The position numbers were made by a program, and so were the translations under genes. Below, in pieces: positions 37,446 through 39,264 of a DNA stretch of 39,264 nt; position 1 is the first letter of the stretch, and each line of letters starts with the position of its first letter. The stretch lies in assembly GCA_044220955.1 (NCBI GenBank), contig JBGAQA010000061.1, forward strand, positions 1 through 39,264, in the 5' to 3' direction. Origin of the DNA: Sandaracinaceae bacterium (GTDB lineage: Bacteria > Myxococcota_A > Polyangia > Polyangiales > Sandaracinaceae). Below the pieces are notes generated by a model that worked only from the letters and a program-made list of their open reading frames with translations, was not told the origin of the DNA and did no database searches.

Positions 37446-38762
37446 ATGCTGCTGCGCGACCCGGTCCACGGCCTCGTTGCCTTCGAGGGCGACTTCGAGA
37501 GGGTCGCGCTGGCCCTGCTCGAGACGCGCGAGGTGCAGCGGCTACGACGGATCCGCCAGCTCGGACTGACCTCGCTCGTCTTTCCGGGCGCCGAGCACTC
37601 GCGCTTCGCGCACGCCCTGGGTGCGGCCCACGTGATGACGCGCCTGATCGAGCACGCGACGCCGCGGCAGAGCGATCTGCCGCCCGAGCTGCGGCTGGAC
37701 GACGGGCACGCGCGTGACGCGTTCGCGGCGGCGATGCTCCACGACCTCGGCCACGGACCGTTCTCGCACCTCTTCGAGGAGGTGATGCCGCGCGCACGCC
37801 CGCACGAGGCTTGGACGAGCGCCATCATCACCGATCCCGCGTCCGAGGTGAACGCGGCGCTGCGCGCGATGGATCCCGGGATGCCCGCTCGGGTCGCGTC
37901 CCTCATCGAGGGCGAGCACCCGCTGCCCTGGCTGGCGAGCGCGATCAGCGGCACGCTCGACGTCGACCGCTGCGACTACCTGCTCCGCGACAGCCACATG
38001 ACGGGCGTCGCGTACGGCATCTACGATCTCGACTGGCTCCTGCGCAGCCTGGCGTTCGCCCGGCTCGACACCCCCGCGGGCGCCGAGTGGGTGCTCGCGA
38101 TCGAGGGCCGCAAAGGCCTGCCGCCGATCGAGGGCTTCTTCCTCGCGCGGCACTTCATGTATCAACAGGTCTATCACCACAAGGCGACGCGGGGCGCGGA
38201 GTGCCTGGTGCGGGGGCTGTTCCGCCGCGCGGCCGAGCTCGTGCGCGAGGGACGCACGCCCGAGGACACGCCCGAGGCGATCGCGCGGGCGGTCGTCGGC
38301 GACCCACCCTCGGTCGAGGCGTACGTGGATCTCGACGACGTACGCCTGCAGCACTGCCTCGCGTGCTGGGAGAGGGCGCGCGATCCCGTCTTGGCGGACC
38401 TCGCGACGCGTTTCCGGCGGCGAGCGCTCCCGAAGACGGTCCCGCTTCCGGAGGGGCCGGCCATGGAGCCGCGCTGGCGCGAGGCGCACGCCCGTGCGAG
38501 CGACGTCGTCCGCGAGCTCGGGCTCCGCCCCGACCTGCACGTGTGGCTCGACGTCGCCGAGGACGTACCCTACGCGGAGCCCCGTGAGGTCTCGCGCGAG
38601 GGGCTCTGGGTGACGCTCCGGCATCAGCCGCTGCGTCGCCTCGGCGACATCTCGTTCGCCCTCGAGCGACTGCGCAACGTCGCGGTCGTGCGACCAAGGC
38701 TGTGTTTCCCGCGCGAGGCGCGCGACGCCGTGCTCGCGGCGATCGAGCCCTTGATGGCTTGA
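37446..38762 (+). CDS. HD-domain phosphohydrolase, SAMHD1/YwfO-like (putative dNTP triphosphohydrolase), 438 aa
   Basis: RDPVHG, QRLRRIRQLG...FPGAEHSRFAHALG, LHDLGHGPFSH, LDVDRCDYLLRDS and MYQQVYHHK. Confidence 0.93.
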   Translation: MLLRDPVHGLVAFEGDFERVALALLETREVQRLRRIRQLGLTSLVFPGAEHSRFAHALGAAHVMTRLIEHATPRQSDLPPELRLDDGHARDAFAAAMLHDLGHGPFSHLFEEVMPRARPHEAWTSAIITDPASEVNAALRAMDPGMPARVASLIEGEHPLPWLASAISGTLDVDRCDYLLRDSHMTGVAYGIYDLDWLLRSLAFARLDTPAGAEWVLAIEGRKGLPPIEGFFLARHFMYQQVYHHKATRGAECLVRGLFRRAAELVREGRTPEDTPEAIARAVVGDPPSVEAYVDLDDVRLQHCLACWERARDPVLADLATRFRRRALPKTVPLPEGPAMEPRWREAHARASDVVRELGLRPDLHVWLDVAEDVPYAEPREVSREGLWVTLRHQPLRRLGDISFALERLRNVAVVRPRLCFPREARDAVLAAIEPLMA

Positions 38763-38784
38763 CCCCGTGCTAAAGGACGGCGCC

Positions 38785-39264
38785 ATGCGCTGCCTCGTCC
38801 TGGCGTTCATCGTCCTCTCGTGCGCCATCTTCGCGCCCGGGGCGCTCGCTCAGCGTCGGCGCGGCGGCGACACCGCTGCGGTCGATGCCCAGCTCGAGCT
38901 CGACGCGGGCGCTCCGCGGCGGGTCCGGCTCAGCCTCGTCGCGCGCGATGACGTGGAGGTCACGGCGGATCTGCGGCTCTTGCGCCTCGAGGTGCGTCCG
39001 ATCGGTCGAGGCCGAGCGCTGCCGTGCGACGCTCCGCCGCGTCCCGGGCGCGGCCTCCCCGACACGCGGCGGATGCGAGCCGGCGAGGTCTGGACCGACA
39101 CGTTCGACGTTCGGATGTTCTGCTGGGGACGCGCGCTGGCCGCGCTCGACGCGGGCGCGGAGCTGGGCGGCTCGCTCGGGACGGCGCGCATCGGCGGCGC
39201 GCGGCGCAGTGCCGGCGGGTCGCGCTTCCGCGCGGTCGCGCTTCCGTTCACGCCCGTACCCGCG
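38785..39264 (+). CDS. 5' part of a secreted hypothetical protein (runs off the window end)
   Basis: ATG 38785 gives MRCLVLAFIVLSCAIFAPGALA-QRRRGG..., a signal peptide, and the frame stays open to base 39264. Absent from the ORF track because there is no stop in the window. Confidence 0.7.
   Translation, partial: MRCLVLAFIVLSCAIFAPGALAQRRRGGDTAAVDAQLELDAGAPRRVRLSLVARDDVEVTADLRLLRLEVRPIGRGRALPCDAPPRPGRGLPDTRRMRAGEVWTDTFDVRMFCWGRALAALDAGAELGGSLGTARIGGARRSAGGSRFRAVALPFTPVPA

Noticed and set aside
37446..38762. HD dNTPase as an anti-phage nucleotide-depletion system
   Set aside because: It looks like the widespread housekeeping SAMHD1/YwfO-like family. There is no defence-island context and no compositional anomaly.

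Overview
Very GC-rich bacterial DNA whose gene content suggests a myxobacterium (Myxococcota, Polyangiales/Sandaracinaceae-like; this is inferred from content, not from a marker gene). About 25 genes. In order: a Zn-ribbon/STAND-ATPase/TPR protein, a polysaccharide deacetylase, an ECF sigma/anti-sigma pair, a Cys-rich lipoprotein, a GldA/GldF/GldG-like ABC system with a DUF4340 partner, a secreted HEAT protein, a non-primary RpoD-family sigma factor, dacB with a divergent orphan family-5 solute-binding protein, and a methyltransferase. These are followed by a Ser/Thr kinase-STAND-TPR gene flanked by two beta-helix lipoproteins and an HD-domain dNTPase-like gene. The most notable element is a minus-strand cluster (23080-29515) behind a sigma54-type promoter. 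It encodes two hydrazine-synthase-alpha-like heme c lipoproteins, one with three extra CX4-6CH heme domains, flanking a secreted CxxC/HEAT protein. Also notable: six genes have a TANNNT hexamer 6-7 nt before the start codon (leaderless signature), the sigma factor carries a natural Q437H-equivalent, and there is a candidate structured RNA at 37348-37429. No rRNA, tRNA, CRISPR array or mobile element was seen. All family assignments come from motif recognition by eye; no database searches were run.
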